Virus record (IMG/VR): IMGVR_UViG_2974668611_000001
Span: 16,618-80,617 of that record
Strand: one strand, 5' to 3'
Length of the DNA stretch: 64,000 nucleotides
Source: a virus
Lineage: Duplodnaviria > Caudoviricetes
Part shown: piece after piece, positions 48,676 through 58,000 of the stretch
How positions within the stretch are numbered: the first letter of the stretch is position 1
Layout: every line of letters starts with the position of its first letter
Notes under the pieces: model-generated
Told to the model about the DNA's origin: nothing
Seen by the model: only the letters and a program-made list of their open reading frames with translations
Databases searched by the model: none
Made by a program: the position numbers and the translations under genes

Positions 48676-49006
48676 TAAGTTCATTAAAATGTTATTGCTA
48701 GTTTTATCCTATGTGGTCGTGCTGATTGCTGTATATAATTTTACAGACATTTTACAACAAAATGGTGGATTTTGGCAAATGCTATTTATGACTACATTAA
48801 CAACTGTATACACCTATGTTTTGTCGTCAATTGATAAAGAAACTTTTAGAATTAGATTTAGTTTGTATGGAGTAATATTATACATTGCTGGTATTATCGG
48901 AATGGCATTGTGTTATAACGCAAGCCCGGATAATGGGGTTGCCGCACTTTTTTCAATTGTCGCTACCTCGTTATTAATCGCAGGAGTCATTCAGTCAAAT
49001 GGATAA
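48623..49006 (+). CDS. Four-TM membrane protein (start uncertain)
   Basis: Hydrophobic helices. Confidence 0.55.
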   Translation: MDIILMQMRHMKEVITINKFIKMLLLVLSYVVVLIAVYNFTDILQQNGGFWQMLFMTTLTTVYTYVLSSIDKETFRIRFSLYGVILYIAGIIGMALCYNASPDNGVAALFSIVATSLLIAGVIQSNG

Positions 49007-49199
49007 TTGCAAAGAGTTTAAAACATTGGGGGCTTCTAACGCGTGGGCTAAGGAACAGCACCTCCTGTGGTATACGAACTTTATTAAAGATAGTGGGTAT
49101 GACCCAGTAGATGGGTTAAAAGAACGTGCTGGCAAAAATGTAAAATATGTTACGGTAAAAGTTGGCAGAACATACCAGCTTTTTTATAAAGAGGGGTGA
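48999..49199 (+). CDS. Hypothetical protein
   Basis: Coupled ORF; RBS AGGAG. Confidence 0.55.
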   Translation: MDNCKEFKTLGASNAWAKEQHLLWYTNFIKDSGYDPVDGLKERAGKNVKYVTVKVGRTYQLFYKEG

Positions 49200-49651
49200 T
49201 TAACATGTCAGGACTTGCAAGACGAAATAAAAAAGTATACTCATATTGTGAACCAAAAGAGTTTTTTGATTTTTATAATCGAACGAGTGTCGGTTCGATG
49301 TTGGTAAAATTAGATGGAGAATACTACTATTTAACCGACAATGGATTTAGAAAAATAAAAGATGATGACGTTATAGTTTTCAATAAAAATAAAGACTATT
49401 GGTCAAAAGAAGACAACTCTATTATCTCTAAAAGCAAGTTTGATAGTGAATATGAAACCGTAAAAATTATTAACATTAATGGATTCTTAATGGAATTCAA
49501 CCTATACATGAGCTTTGATAGCATGATGAAAGTTTTTAAAAAGATGTTAAAAGAACTTGATAACACATATTATCATGAAAATGCCGATTTAAAAAACCAA
49601 TTACAGTGGATTATTCATAATAAAGATGTATTCTTATATGTGTTATCATAA
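49196..49651 (+). CDS. Hypothetical protein
   Basis: Coupled ORF. Confidence 0.6.
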   Translation: MINMSGLARRNKKVYSYCEPKEFFDFYNRTSVGSMLVKLDGEYYYLTDNGFRKIKDDDVIVFNKNKDYWSKEDNSIISKSKFDSEYETVKIININGFLMEFNLYMSFDSMMKVFKKMLKELDNTYYHENADLKNQLQWIIHNKDVFLYVLS

Positions 49652-49665
49652 ATTGGAGGTATAAT

Positions 49666-50148
49666 ATGGTTAGAAAGTACCTTACTCGTAATGAAAAAAC
49701 AGAAGAAGAAACTTCAAGTTTTTTATCACCTGAATTAATAGACACAGTTTCAAAGATTATGTTTGGTTCAAGTAAAAAAGAAGGAACGAAATATCTTGTC
49801 CAATTTAGAAGCGCATATGGTGGAATATCACATAAAGATTCTATGAAGGGCGCAAAGCCAATCACAGACCTTTATAAAAGTCTATTAATGTTCAAAAGTA
49901 AGCACGCAACGGTTGTTGAAATTAACTTTAATGACGCAATGTTAGATTTTAGAACACGAAAATTATGCGTTAGTGTTTCAATCGGGATAGACGAGCTTAA
50001 TGAAGAGTCTAGTGTTTTGGCAGTACACCCCAGTGAAGTATTTTTTATTGACTATGACAGTGATGATGACGTTAAAAACATCAAGAATCAAGTAAAGAAA
50101 GCTAAAATGATTGGACTTTTTGACGGGGACATTAATGACTATAGATAA
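49666..50148 (+). CDS. Hypothetical protein
   Basis: RBS GGAGG; terminator 50155-50179 follows. Confidence 0.65.
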   Translation: MVRKYLTRNEKTEEETSSFLSPELIDTVSKIMFGSSKKEGTKYLVQFRSAYGGISHKDSMKGAKPITDLYKSLLMFKSKHATVVEINFNDAMLDFRTRKLCVSVSIGIDELNEESSVLAVHPSEVFFIDYDSDDDVKNIKNQVKKAKMIGLFDGDINDYR

Positions 50149-50257
50149 CCAACTAGACCCTAAAATAGGGTCTTTTTTTATTTTTAAGAATTAGCTTGCT
50201 TTATTGTTACTTTAGGTGTTATAATTAATACATCAAATAAGTAAGGAGCGAATAAAA

Positions 50258-50563
50258 ATGTCTGGAAAACTAGCGGTTAGTTATTATTATGATATGTTGA
50301 GAGGTTGCAGTGGGATTGTTGTACACAAGAGTGGCAAAGAAGCTGTCGAAGAAGTTGAACGAGCGGCGGACGCTAACTTCAACATGCCTGTTATCAAGAA
50401 GAACAAATTGAGGTTAACTAAAAATAATTCAGTTACAATTGGCTATGCAATGAGGTACTTTGTAGCAAGATTTTTAGATGATGAAGAAGTAAAGATTTAT
50501 AATAAGTATAAAGATGAGTCAATGTTTAGCCAAAAAGAATGTAGGATTGTAGAACCAGATTAA
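50258..50563 (+). CDS. Hypothetical protein
   Basis: Promoter TTGCTT...TATAAT; RBS AGGAG. Confidence 0.65.
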   Translation: MSGKLAVSYYYDMLRGCSGIVVHKSGKEAVEEVERAADANFNMPVIKKNKLRLTKNNSVTIGYAMRYFVARFLDDEEVKIYNKYKDESMFSQKECRIVEPD

Positions 50564-50580
50564 AAAGGAGAAGATAATCA

Positions 50581-50862
50581 ATGTCAGAACAGCCATCAAG
50601 AATGTGGGAAAAGTATAGCGTACGGATATTCTCTGTTTCAGATGAAGATTACGCTATTCAAAGATTTTACTTTGATAAGATAAAAGAAGCAGGATTTAAT
50701 ATCAATAATAGACTAGACGCCAACGGCGAAAAAGGAACCTACATTGATAATTTTGATTTTAAAGATATGCCAAAACTAGCGAAGGCATTAGATGAAGACC
50801 TGATATTCTCTTGTTATAATTCAGACTTTGAAATCACTATTTATGACCTACCAATTGAGTAA
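50581..50862 (+). CDS. Hypothetical protein
   Basis: RBS AGGAG. Confidence 0.6.
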   Translation: MSEQPSRMWEKYSVRIFSVSDEDYAIQRFYFDKIKEAGFNINNRLDANGEKGTYIDNFDFKDMPKLAKALDEDLIFSCYNSDFEITIYDLPIE

Positions 50863-50881
50863 CAATATGGAGATGATTTGA

Positions 50882-51256
50882 TTGAACTTTGATAAAATGA
50901 CGAAAGAACTAATGTTAGGTAAGTCAATGAAAAGAGAAGATTGGCGGTCAGGCCATCACATAAAAATTGAAGAAGATGGGGACACCGTAGACGAACTTGG
51001 TTATTTATTTACATTTAACAAAGAAGATTATAATTCAGAATGGAAAATATATGAACCCTTACTATCTAAAAAAAGTAAAAATGGGTTATTGCTGTATTAT
51101 CTTGACCTAGAAGGACGCAAGAAATACTGTCGGGTTATTAATGATGGGAACAGCTATGACATTATTGATACTGACGATTGGTCAATGCTTGTGTATAATA
51201 TTGACAGGGATAGTTTAAATTTGGCAATTGCCGAGTTTGGAATGGAGAGAGCATAG
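50882..51256 (+). CDS. DUF2829/Tad2-like domain protein
   Basis: MNF...LMLGKSMKREDW...EDYNSEW pattern. Confidence 0.5.
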   Translation: MNFDKMTKELMLGKSMKREDWRSGHHIKIEEDGDTVDELGYLFTFNKEDYNSEWKIYEPLLSKKSKNGLLLYYLDLEGRKKYCRVINDGNSYDIIDTDDWSMLVYNIDRDSLNLAIAEFGMERA

Positions 51257-51558
51257 TGGAAGAAATAAAATTAATTGAACAATGGGCAGAAGAACGTGGA
51301 TTAGAAAAGTCAAGTAGCGACAAACAAATGATTAAGCTTCAAGAAGAAGTCGGCGAATTAGCGGAAGCCCATAATAAGGGTTGGAAAAATAAACAGGTAG
51401 ATAGCTTAGGAGATATTTTTGTGGTATTGACTATTTATGCTATGCAGAATAATTTGCATTTAGAATACTGTATCAAAGAAGCCTATGATACTATTAAAAA
51501 ACGCAAAGGGGAAACTGTAAACGGTGTATTCATTAAAGAGGAGGATAAGAAGCTATGA
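51256..51558 (+). CDS. MazG-like NTP pyrophosphohydrolase
   Basis: WAEERGL, KLQEEVGELA, DSLGD, AYDTIKKRKG...GVFIKE. Confidence 0.85.
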   Translation: MEEIKLIEQWAEERGLEKSSSDKQMIKLQEEVGELAEAHNKGWKNKQVDSLGDIFVVLTIYAMQNNLHLEYCIKEAYDTIKKRKGETVNGVFIKEEDKKL

Positions 51559-51956
51559 AAATGTCTTTTGAAGAAGCATTTAAATGTATGAAAAATGGAG
51601 GGGCTGTTAAGCCAAGCACGTGGTATGACGATACGTATATGATGATTGACGGAACAGATTTTGTTGATAATATTGGTAACAGAACTTTTCTGAGCTATAA
51701 AGAAGTTATTGCTGAATGGGAGCAAGTAGCCACCATTAAAGTTGGAGACCAACTATTTTGTCGTGATAATGACACGAATAAGAAAGTGTTCTTCTATATA
51801 GCATATGCCGCCGGAAGATTTTTTGCAGTTAATGTTTATGATGAGAATGGAGATTATTATGTACAAAGTCACTTAGAATGGCTAGAAAATGAAATAAAAG
51901 ATAATTATACAATCGTCGGAAACTGGAATGCTAAGGATTTAATGGAGGACTGTTAA
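51555..51956 (+). CDS. DUF2829/Tad2-like domain protein
   Basis: MSFEEAFKCMKNGGAVKPSTW...IAEW pattern. Confidence 0.5.
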   Translation: MKMSFEEAFKCMKNGGAVKPSTWYDDTYMMIDGTDFVDNIGNRTFLSYKEVIAEWEQVATIKVGDQLFCRDNDTNKKVFFYIAYAAGRFFAVNVYDENGDYYVQSHLEWLENEIKDNYTIVGNWNAKDLMEDC

Positions 51957-52122
51957 TGAGTAATAATAAGGTACCTTACTATTAAAGTGCCTATTTCAAC
52001 GAACGTGACTAATTTCTAAAAACAAGAATACTGTCACCATAGGCTTTGTGGCGTGTTAAAATCAGAATAAAATTACCATTTTATGGAAACAGGAAAAACA
52101 TAGAAATCTAGGAGGATTGATT

Positions 52123-52260
52123 ATGAAGATTTATGTGGTTGAAAATACTGGAGACGGTCTTAAAGCATTTAAACTAAAAGAAAAAGCATTAATCTACAAA
52201 GCGGCGCTTAATTCAATAGACATACCCGCAACTATGTTTGAAACAGAGCTAGTAATTTAG
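52123..52260 (+). CDS. Small hypothetical protein (absent from the ORF track)
   Basis: AGGAGG; MKIYVVE... Confidence 0.55.
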   Translation: MKIYVVENTGDGLKAFKLKEKALIYKAALNSIDIPATMFETELVI

Positions 52261-52278
52261 GAGAAGAGGAGTTTAAAT

Positions 52279-52971
52279 ATGTATTATAGTGAATTTAAAG
52301 AAGAAGTAGAAGCATTATCAAGCAAATATAGTGTTGGTGGAAACGACGAGTTTACTGTGGTTTTCTTACACTATTCACCTGTTATTTCTATTGAAAAACA
52401 CGTTCAATACAGAGTAAAAATCACGGACTCCGTAAAGCATTTTGAAAAGCTACCTTTTAGCCATAAGCTATATATGATTGCCGCAGAACTAGCACAAACT
52501 CCTGTAAAAGAGCGAACAGAAAGAGATATGAAATTGGCCTTTTCAGAACGCACAATTAATAGACAATTATCCAATATGGAACATATTGCACGACAAGCAC
52601 GAGTCAATAAGCATAATGCAGAAAGCCCAGCTAAGGATACACGTCCAGTTAACAAGAGAACTACAAAACTCTTCATTGAGACATATACTAATGGGGCAAC
52701 CGTTGATAACAAGAAGGAATATACTGGTATTAAGGACGCTAAGGGTAATCCTATCAATGTTGGTGACACCGTAGTAGAAGTATTTAACTTTAAGAATATT
52801 CCCAACATGCCTGACTTTGAAGAAAAAGGTGAACCGTTTGTTGTTAAGAAAGATTGCTATCTATATAGCCATTGGATTGCAAGAGGTGTTTCGGAGGGTT
52901 CTAAATTTGGTGTTGATGGGTTATGTTTTGGTAATGAGCTATTAAAGAAAGGTGACAACGATGAGGACTAA
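52279..52971 (+). CDS. Hypothetical protein: paralog-family N-terminal domain plus YopX-like C-terminal motif
   Basis: LPFSHKLYMIAAELAQTP; YTGIKDAKGNPINVGD. Confidence 0.65.
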   Translation: MYYSEFKEEVEALSSKYSVGGNDEFTVVFLHYSPVISIEKHVQYRVKITDSVKHFEKLPFSHKLYMIAAELAQTPVKERTERDMKLAFSERTINRQLSNMEHIARQARVNKHNAESPAKDTRPVNKRTTKLFIETYTNGATVDNKKEYTGIKDAKGNPINVGDTVVEVFNFKNIPNMPDFEEKGEPFVVKKDCYLYSHWIARGVSEGSKFGVDGLCFGNELLKKGDNDED

Positions 52972-53404
52972 AGAATTTGCAACTAAGCTTAATTACTACA
53001 AATACCGTGTAGGACAAAACCCTAGTTTAGGAGAACTGTATGTAGTTGGCGAAGTGGATGGTGTACAAGATATAAATTTAGTGGAAATTTCAGATAATAA
53101 GATTGGTGTTGTTAAGTTTAATGAGCCTATTAGTAAAAACGTAGTAGATATTGTTATGAAATATGCTTATACACCTGTAGAAGAACGCGACGAAGAAAAT
53201 AAATACCTTGTACATCTTAAAGGCATTAATAATGGTTGTGGTTACCTTAATTACCGTGGCGGGGATAGGGGTAGGTATTTTGTAAGCGATTATGTTAGCG
53301 GAGCTGGTTATAAGACATATTTTACTAAAAAAGAGATTAATAAACTAGTAGAAAACCCAGATTTCTTTTTGCAGAAGGGGTCTTATACGCTAGAAGACTG
53401 TTAA
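52961..53404 (+). CDS. Hypothetical protein (paralog family)
   Basis: YAYTPVEER...KY...GYLN...KTYFT. Confidence 0.65.
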   Translation: MRTKEFATKLNYYKYRVGQNPSLGELYVVGEVDGVQDINLVEISDNKIGVVKFNEPISKNVVDIVMKYAYTPVEERDEENKYLVHLKGINNGCGYLNYRGGDRGRYFVSDYVSGAGYKTYFTKKEINKLVENPDFFLQKGSYTLEDC

Positions 53405-53423
53405 TAAATACCTAAATAATGTA

Positions 53424-53452
53424 TTGACAAAGCATACCAGAGATGGTATGCT
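53424..53452 (+). promoter_or_regulatory. Promoter with AGCATA-N10-TATGCT palindrome
   Basis: TTGACA-A-AGCATA-N10-TATGCT. Confidence 0.65.
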
Positions 53453-53482
53453 TTTATTATAAAAAGAAAGAAGGACAGTACC

Positions 53483-53896
53483 ATGAAGAAATATTTTATC
53501 ACATTTGACGAAGACCCAGGAATCATAGACACGCAATCATATGAATCACTAGAAGAAGCAAAAGCTGTTGCTAACAAGATTCTTAACGGTGGCGTACTTG
53601 ATGAAGAATCTATCGAAGACTTAGTAGCTGATTATGAAGGAGGCTACGAACTAGATAAGCTATTCATTCAAGAAGCAATACCTGCAACATTCCCTGACAT
53701 GGGTGAGATGGTGGCTGACCAGTTAGACGACTGGGCTATTAGTGAGGGAACAGAGGACTACCTAGAACCTATTCTAAATAAAGACGTAGATGAGCTTAAC
53801 ACTATGATTACTAGCTGGCTACTCAAAAAGGGTTACAAACCTAACTGGTACAACATCTTAGAATGCTATCCAGTGGTAAAGGAAGACGAGCTATGA
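53483..53896 (+). CDS. Acidic hypothetical protein
   Basis: RBS AAGGA; own promoter. Confidence 0.65.
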   Translation: MKKYFITFDEDPGIIDTQSYESLEEAKAVANKILNGGVLDEESIEDLVADYEGGYELDKLFIQEAIPATFPDMGEMVADQLDDWAISEGTEDYLEPILNKDVDELNTMITSWLLKKGYKPNWYNILECYPVVKEDEL

Positions 53897-54072
53897 TTAA
53901 GCTAGATGTGTGGTCATCATGCAGTGACGTTAATGCAGAGTGGCACGATATTATTGAAATCCCAGACAACGCGACTGAAAAAGAAATTGAATCGGCCGCC
54001 AGAGAAACAGCACACCAGCACTTTGAGTGGGGATATGATATTATTAAAAACGGAGGTGGCAACGATGATTAA
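53893..54072 (+). CDS. Small hypothetical protein
   Basis: ATGA overlap; MIKLDVW...FEWGY. Confidence 0.55.
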   Translation: MIKLDVWSSCSDVNAEWHDIIEIPDNATEKEIESAARETAHQHFEWGYDIIKNGGGNDD

Positions 54073-54496
54073 GTTTAGAGCGTGGGACAAAATTCAGAAT
54101 AAAATGCTGTTACCTAACAATATCGAATTCATTCATGGTCAAGCCTATTGGGCAGAGGCTAGCACTGATAGCAACGGTAGTTATTCTAACGATGGTAAAG
54201 CAGATGGAATTGGAGCACTGTTTGTGCTTGAAAAATTTACTGGCTTGAAAGATGCAAACTATATTGATATTTATGAAGGCGATATTTTAGCCACATCATC
54301 TATGATGTACGGGGATAAAGTTACCGATTATTTAAAAGTAGAATGGCGAGAAGATTACGCTGGATTTTACTGTGGCGAAAAGCCTTTATATGCCTGTCTA
54401 AGCGAATGGGATAATGATATCAAGTTCGCACAAACATTTCCAGAAATAATTGGCAACGTGCATGAGAACCCGGAATTATTGGAGGCGGACAAATGA
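54065..54496 (+). CDS. YopX-family protein
   Basis: IKFRAWDK, FTGLKD, IYEGDI, IIGNVHENPELL. Confidence 0.88.
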   Translation: MIKFRAWDKIQNKMLLPNNIEFIHGQAYWAEASTDSNGSYSNDGKADGIGALFVLEKFTGLKDANYIDIYEGDILATSSMMYGDKVTDYLKVEWREDYAGFYCGEKPLYACLSEWDNDIKFAQTFPEIIGNVHENPELLEADK

Positions 54497-54684
54497 AACT
54501 ATCAGAACTAAAGAAGCGTGATGACTTTAATGAACTAGCTGAGCGAGCACACCACGTAGTAGACACGTGGGAAGAGTTTGATATAGTGCGTTCTGAGTTT
54601 AAAGACTTACTATCTAGTGATGATAACCCACTAAAGGTAGCACGACAAATAGATAAATGGTATCAGAAAAATGTCATGGGGTGA
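54493..54684 (+). CDS. Hypothetical protein
   Basis: ATGA overlap; RBS GGAGG. Confidence 0.6.
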   Translation: MKLSELKKRDDFNELAERAHHVVDTWEEFDIVRSEFKDLLSSDDNPLKVARQIDKWYQKNVMG

Positions 54685-54689
54685 TTAAG

Positions 54690-54890
54690 ATGGTTAAATT
54701 TTTGAAAGCATACTATGACGCATTCATTATATCATTAGAAATTGTAAGTGTTATTTTATCTATTATATTAGGTATAACAGGCGTGTTAATTATTCCATTT
54801 GTAATGGTATTAAGTCGTTATTGGATAATTGCCGCTTGTTGGATATTGTTGGTGTCCCTGCCTTTAATAATTATGGTGATTAAGAAGTAA
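54690..54890 (+). CDS. Small membrane protein
   Basis: Two TM helices; GGGGTG RBS. Confidence 0.55.
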   Translation: MVKFLKAYYDAFIISLEIVSVILSIILGITGVLIIPFVMVLSRYWIIAACWILLVSLPLIIMVIKK

Positions 54891-54928
54891 ATTATAAGAG
54901 AATATATTAAAGAAAAGGAGATTTAATT

Positions 54929-55126
54929 ATGTTTTATTTCAAAGATGATGATGAAGAGAATATTATTGTTTTGAGCCATGTTACTTACGTTTATAAAAAG
55001 GACGGTGAACCTGCTTTCAGTGTTTACCAAGATGATAGCGAAAAAGCCAATAAACTCCCCATTAAGTTTTATGATAGTTTTATAGATAAACTGACAGGCT
55101 ATATAGATGGCAAGTCTGTGCTATAA
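54929..55126 (+). CDS. Hypothetical protein
   Basis: RBS AGGAG. Confidence 0.6.
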   Translation: MFYFKDDDEENIIVLSHVTYVYKKDGEPAFSVYQDDSEKANKLPIKFYDSFIDKLTGYIDGKSVL

Positions 55127-55230
55127 TTACTAGATATTATAAGTTTGACAGGCCAGATAATAAGTGGTAACATGATGTTATCAAATAATAGTTAATACAC
55201 ATTAACAGTTCTTTATACGGAGGAATAAAA

Positions 55231-55737
55231 ATGATTAAAATTTATCGTAAAACAGTCACTATCAAGGCGGAACAGTTCGATGGTAGTGACGATATGGTTA
55301 AAAAATATAATATTGTGGTCGAAGATGGCGACTATACCAAAGATTATAGCCTCACTAATGATGGAGTTGGACACGTTTTTTATCAAAGATATTTTATCTC
55401 AACATTAGAAGGACCGCTTGAACTACGTGTTGGTAGTTATATCGCGACTGGCATCAAGGACGAGCATTGGGCGATTGCAGATGATGTGTTCAAGAAGACG
55501 TACGCCGAACTTCCTGTGATACCTAAAAATGTTGCAAATTACCTTACGGATTGTAAGCGTGCCAATACTACCATAGGAACATCTTTATCTGGCAATATCG
55601 TGTTGTTTAGTCATGCCAGATCACATGATATGATCCACGACATATTAAGTTGGTTGTGTCCGTCTGATAATCAAGATCTGTTTGCTCGTGCGTGGCTAGA
55701 CGGATATGTGGTAGAGGAAGACCAGGGCAATGTTTAG
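55231..55737 (+). CDS. AEQFDGS/TLEG-family domain fused to DUF1642-like domain
   Basis: YRK...AEQFDGS, TLEG, FKKTY; PVIPKNVA...FARAWLDGY. Confidence 0.7.
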   Translation: MIKIYRKTVTIKAEQFDGSDDMVKKYNIVVEDGDYTKDYSLTNDGVGHVFYQRYFISTLEGPLELRVGSYIATGIKDEHWAIADDVFKKTYAELPVIPKNVANYLTDCKRANTTIGTSLSGNIVLFSHARSHDMIHDILSWLCPSDNQDLFARAWLDGYVVEEDQGNV

Positions 55738-55906
55738 AGATATGCTTAATAAAGATGACCCAGTAGCTAAGAAAGTGTTAGAATACACGGATAGTAAGGA
55801 GTTTAAGCAGGAACTAGACTCACTATCGGAGAGGGTTAGATTAGGGTTAACTCCAGAAGAATATAAGAAGTATAAGGAAGGCAGTGGTAATCATGAAATA
55901 CAGTGA
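55730..55906 (+). CDS. Small hypothetical protein (absent from the ORF track)
   Basis: Overlaps both neighbours; GAGG upstream. Confidence 0.45.
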   Translation: MFRDMLNKDDPVAKKVLEYTDSKEFKQELDSLSERVRLGLTPEEYKKYKEGSGNHEIQ

Positions 55907-56336
55907 AGCAAGGAAATATATTGAGGAGCTATCAAGTAAGTATACTATTAATATGGACGATGGTGATTTTAACGTTTTATATAAAGGAAAATCTGTTGGC
56001 TATGTTGATGGTGCCTACGGACAGTACGGATTATATATTCATAACGAAGATATTTTTAAAAAATTACCGTTTAACAACAAGCTATATATGATTTTGGCAG
56101 AGCTTGCAATGACTCCGCTAGACGAACGTAAAGAAGAGAAGAAGTATTTTATCCGTGTATTTAACATAGACTATGGGTATTTAAACATCCATTCAAACGG
56201 CAAAGTTACATGTGATGATAATTATGAGGGCCTTGGATTTAAGACCAGGTTCACAAGACACGAAATCAATCAACTTAAGCAACGTGATGATGTACCATTA
56301 GATTGGAATAAAGTGACCTTAGAGGAATGCTGTTAG
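55893..56336 (+). CDS. Hypothetical protein (paralog family)
   Basis: LPFNNKLYMILAELAMTPLDER...GYLN...FKTRFT. Confidence 0.65.
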   Translation: MKYSEARKYIEELSSKYTINMDDGDFNVLYKGKSVGYVDGAYGQYGLYIHNEDIFKKLPFNNKLYMILAELAMTPLDERKEEKKYFIRVFNIDYGYLNIHSNGKVTCDDNYEGLGFKTRFTRHEINQLKQRDDVPLDWNKVTLEECC

Positions 56337-56346
56337 GGGGAATAAT

Positions 56347-56589
56347 ATGACAATCTATATTCTAGTACACACTGCGTTTGGTAGCTGGGAGTCAGAATTT
56401 TGTGTAGATGGTGTGTTCTCCTCAATGGAGGAGGCTAATGCCACGAAGTTAATAATCAAGAACGAGTTGCCGCGATTTATTGACACATGTGACGGGCGAA
56501 TAGACCCGCACACCACTTTTGAGATTAGGAAGCATAAACTAAACGAGGAGTTTGATGATTTTAAGCTATCTTACTGGGATATGGAATAG
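56347..56589 (+). CDS. Hypothetical protein
   Basis: IYIL...GVFSSMEEA pattern. Confidence 0.6.
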   Translation: MTIYILVHTAFGSWESEFCVDGVFSSMEEANATKLIIKNELPRFIDTCDGRIDPHTTFEIRKHKLNEEFDDFKLSYWDME

Positions 56590-56597
56590 AGGTGTTA

Positions 56598-56777
56598 ATG
56601 ACGTTGAATAACAACATGTTCGAGGAGACAACTAAAATATTAAAAGATAAGTATTTAAACAATAAAGATGAGTTAGACAGTAAAAAGAAAAGATTAGCCA
56701 AAAGGAATGATAGAGCATACCCAGGCTTCATCAAGAAGCAGAAAGAACTAATTAGAAATAGAGACGAGACTAATTAA
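56598..56777 (+). CDS. Basic hypothetical protein
   Basis: RBS GAGG; terminator ~56786-56814 follows. Confidence 0.5.
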   Translation: MTLNNNMFEETTKILKDKYLNNKDELDSKKKRLAKRNDRAYPGFIKKQKELIRNRDETN

Positions 56778-56937
56778 AACAAACCAAAGGCGCTTTTAAT
56801 TAAGTGTCTTTTTTACTTGATTATAATTCTGGTAAATGTTATAATTATATTATAGAATTTTAGGGGGGTAATCGTAGAAAAAGTAGATATTATCCCTGTT
56901 TTAAAATGCTTTTGTTTATAAATAAAATAAAGGAAGG

Positions 56938-57354
56938 TTGACAATGTCAAAATTAAACCCATATAAAAATAGAAAAGAGAGCTTATTACCCATTATGGAT
57001 ATTTACTTAAATACTCCTAGCGAAATCTGGGTGTATAATGTTGATATGAGTTTCAATAAAAATCCAGACGAATGGATTCAAACACGAGTAACGTGTCCTA
57101 AATGTGGTTGGCATGGTATCGAAAGAATTATTGGCGCCGGTCAAAAACCCCATGTTGTGGAAATTGACAATCAAAAGATGATTAAGGAATTTTATTTTGC
57201 ACGTTGCCCCTATTGTCATAATGCTTGGACAATTGATGCGACACGCCCACATGACCCGAAGACGCTGGCACTCAGTGTTGATGATGATTTAAACGATGGT
57301 ATTCAAGAAGTCGATGACGAAATTAAAGATAGTAAGAAGGGAAAAAATGATTAA
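56938..57354 (+). CDS. Zn-ribbon protein
   Basis: CPKC...CPYC. Confidence 0.65.
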   Translation: MTMSKLNPYKNRKESLLPIMDIYLNTPSEIWVYNVDMSFNKNPDEWIQTRVTCPKCGWHGIERIIGAGQKPHVVEIDNQKMIKEFYFARCPYCHNAWTIDATRPHDPKTLALSVDDDLNDGIQEVDDEIKDSKKGKND

Positions 57355-58000
57355 AACATTGAAAAATCAAAAAGTAATGACAGAAATAGAACCCCAAATT
57401 CGTTTTTATTATGGTACAATGCGTTCTGGTAAAACTGAAAAACTGCTTAATGACTCACTAGATGACAAGTATCGTTCTGTGTTTGTATTACCAGAGGAGG
57501 ACACAAGCGGTATTATTGAATCCCGCGCCTTTCATATTTCTGATAACTGCAAATGCGGGTTTACTATTACACCAGATGTAATTTTTGGCGTTAAACACCA
57601 CTTATTAGAATCTATGGAATTATTTAGACTAATCTATGAAGATGATAGTGTTGATAAAATTGTGATTGATGAAGCACAATTTTTAAACCCCGAAGACATT
57701 AGCGATATTGTGACGGCGTGCCGTGTAAACAATAAAAAGTTAGACGTATACGGATTACTGACAGATTTTCATGGTAATGTGTTTGATGGAAGCCGAAAAT
57801 GGATTGATTACGCTGACGAATCCATTTGTATTGAAGGAGAATGCGAATTTCCGGGGTGTTCAAAAAACTCACACTATAATTGTATGATGAAGCAACAAAA
57901 GTTCCCTAATTCTAACATTGTTGTCGGTGATAGCCAATATATCGTTTTATGCCCCGAACACAGGGAATTATACAAGAAAGCGGGGTTAATTGAAGAATGA
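57347..58000 (+). CDS. tdk: Thymidine kinase (TK1-type)
   Basis: YGTMRSGKT, IESR, IDEAQF, YGLLTDF, C-terminal Zn cysteines; start uncertain. Confidence 0.88.
   Translation: MIKTLKNQKVMTEIEPQIRFYYGTMRSGKTEKLLNDSLDDKYRSVFVLPEEDTSGIIESRAFHISDNCKCGFTITPDVIFGVKHHLLESMELFRLIYEDDSVDKIVIDEAQFLNPEDISDIVTACRVNNKKLDVYGLLTDFHGNVFDGSRKWIDYADESICIEGECEFPGCSKNSHYNCMMKQQKFPNSNIVVGDSQYIVLCPEHRELYKKAGLIEE

Noticed and set aside
52067-52084. Palindrome ATAAAAT-TACC-ATTTTAT as a cassette recombination site
   Set aside because: Only one copy found, and it is AT-rich; chance cannot be excluded
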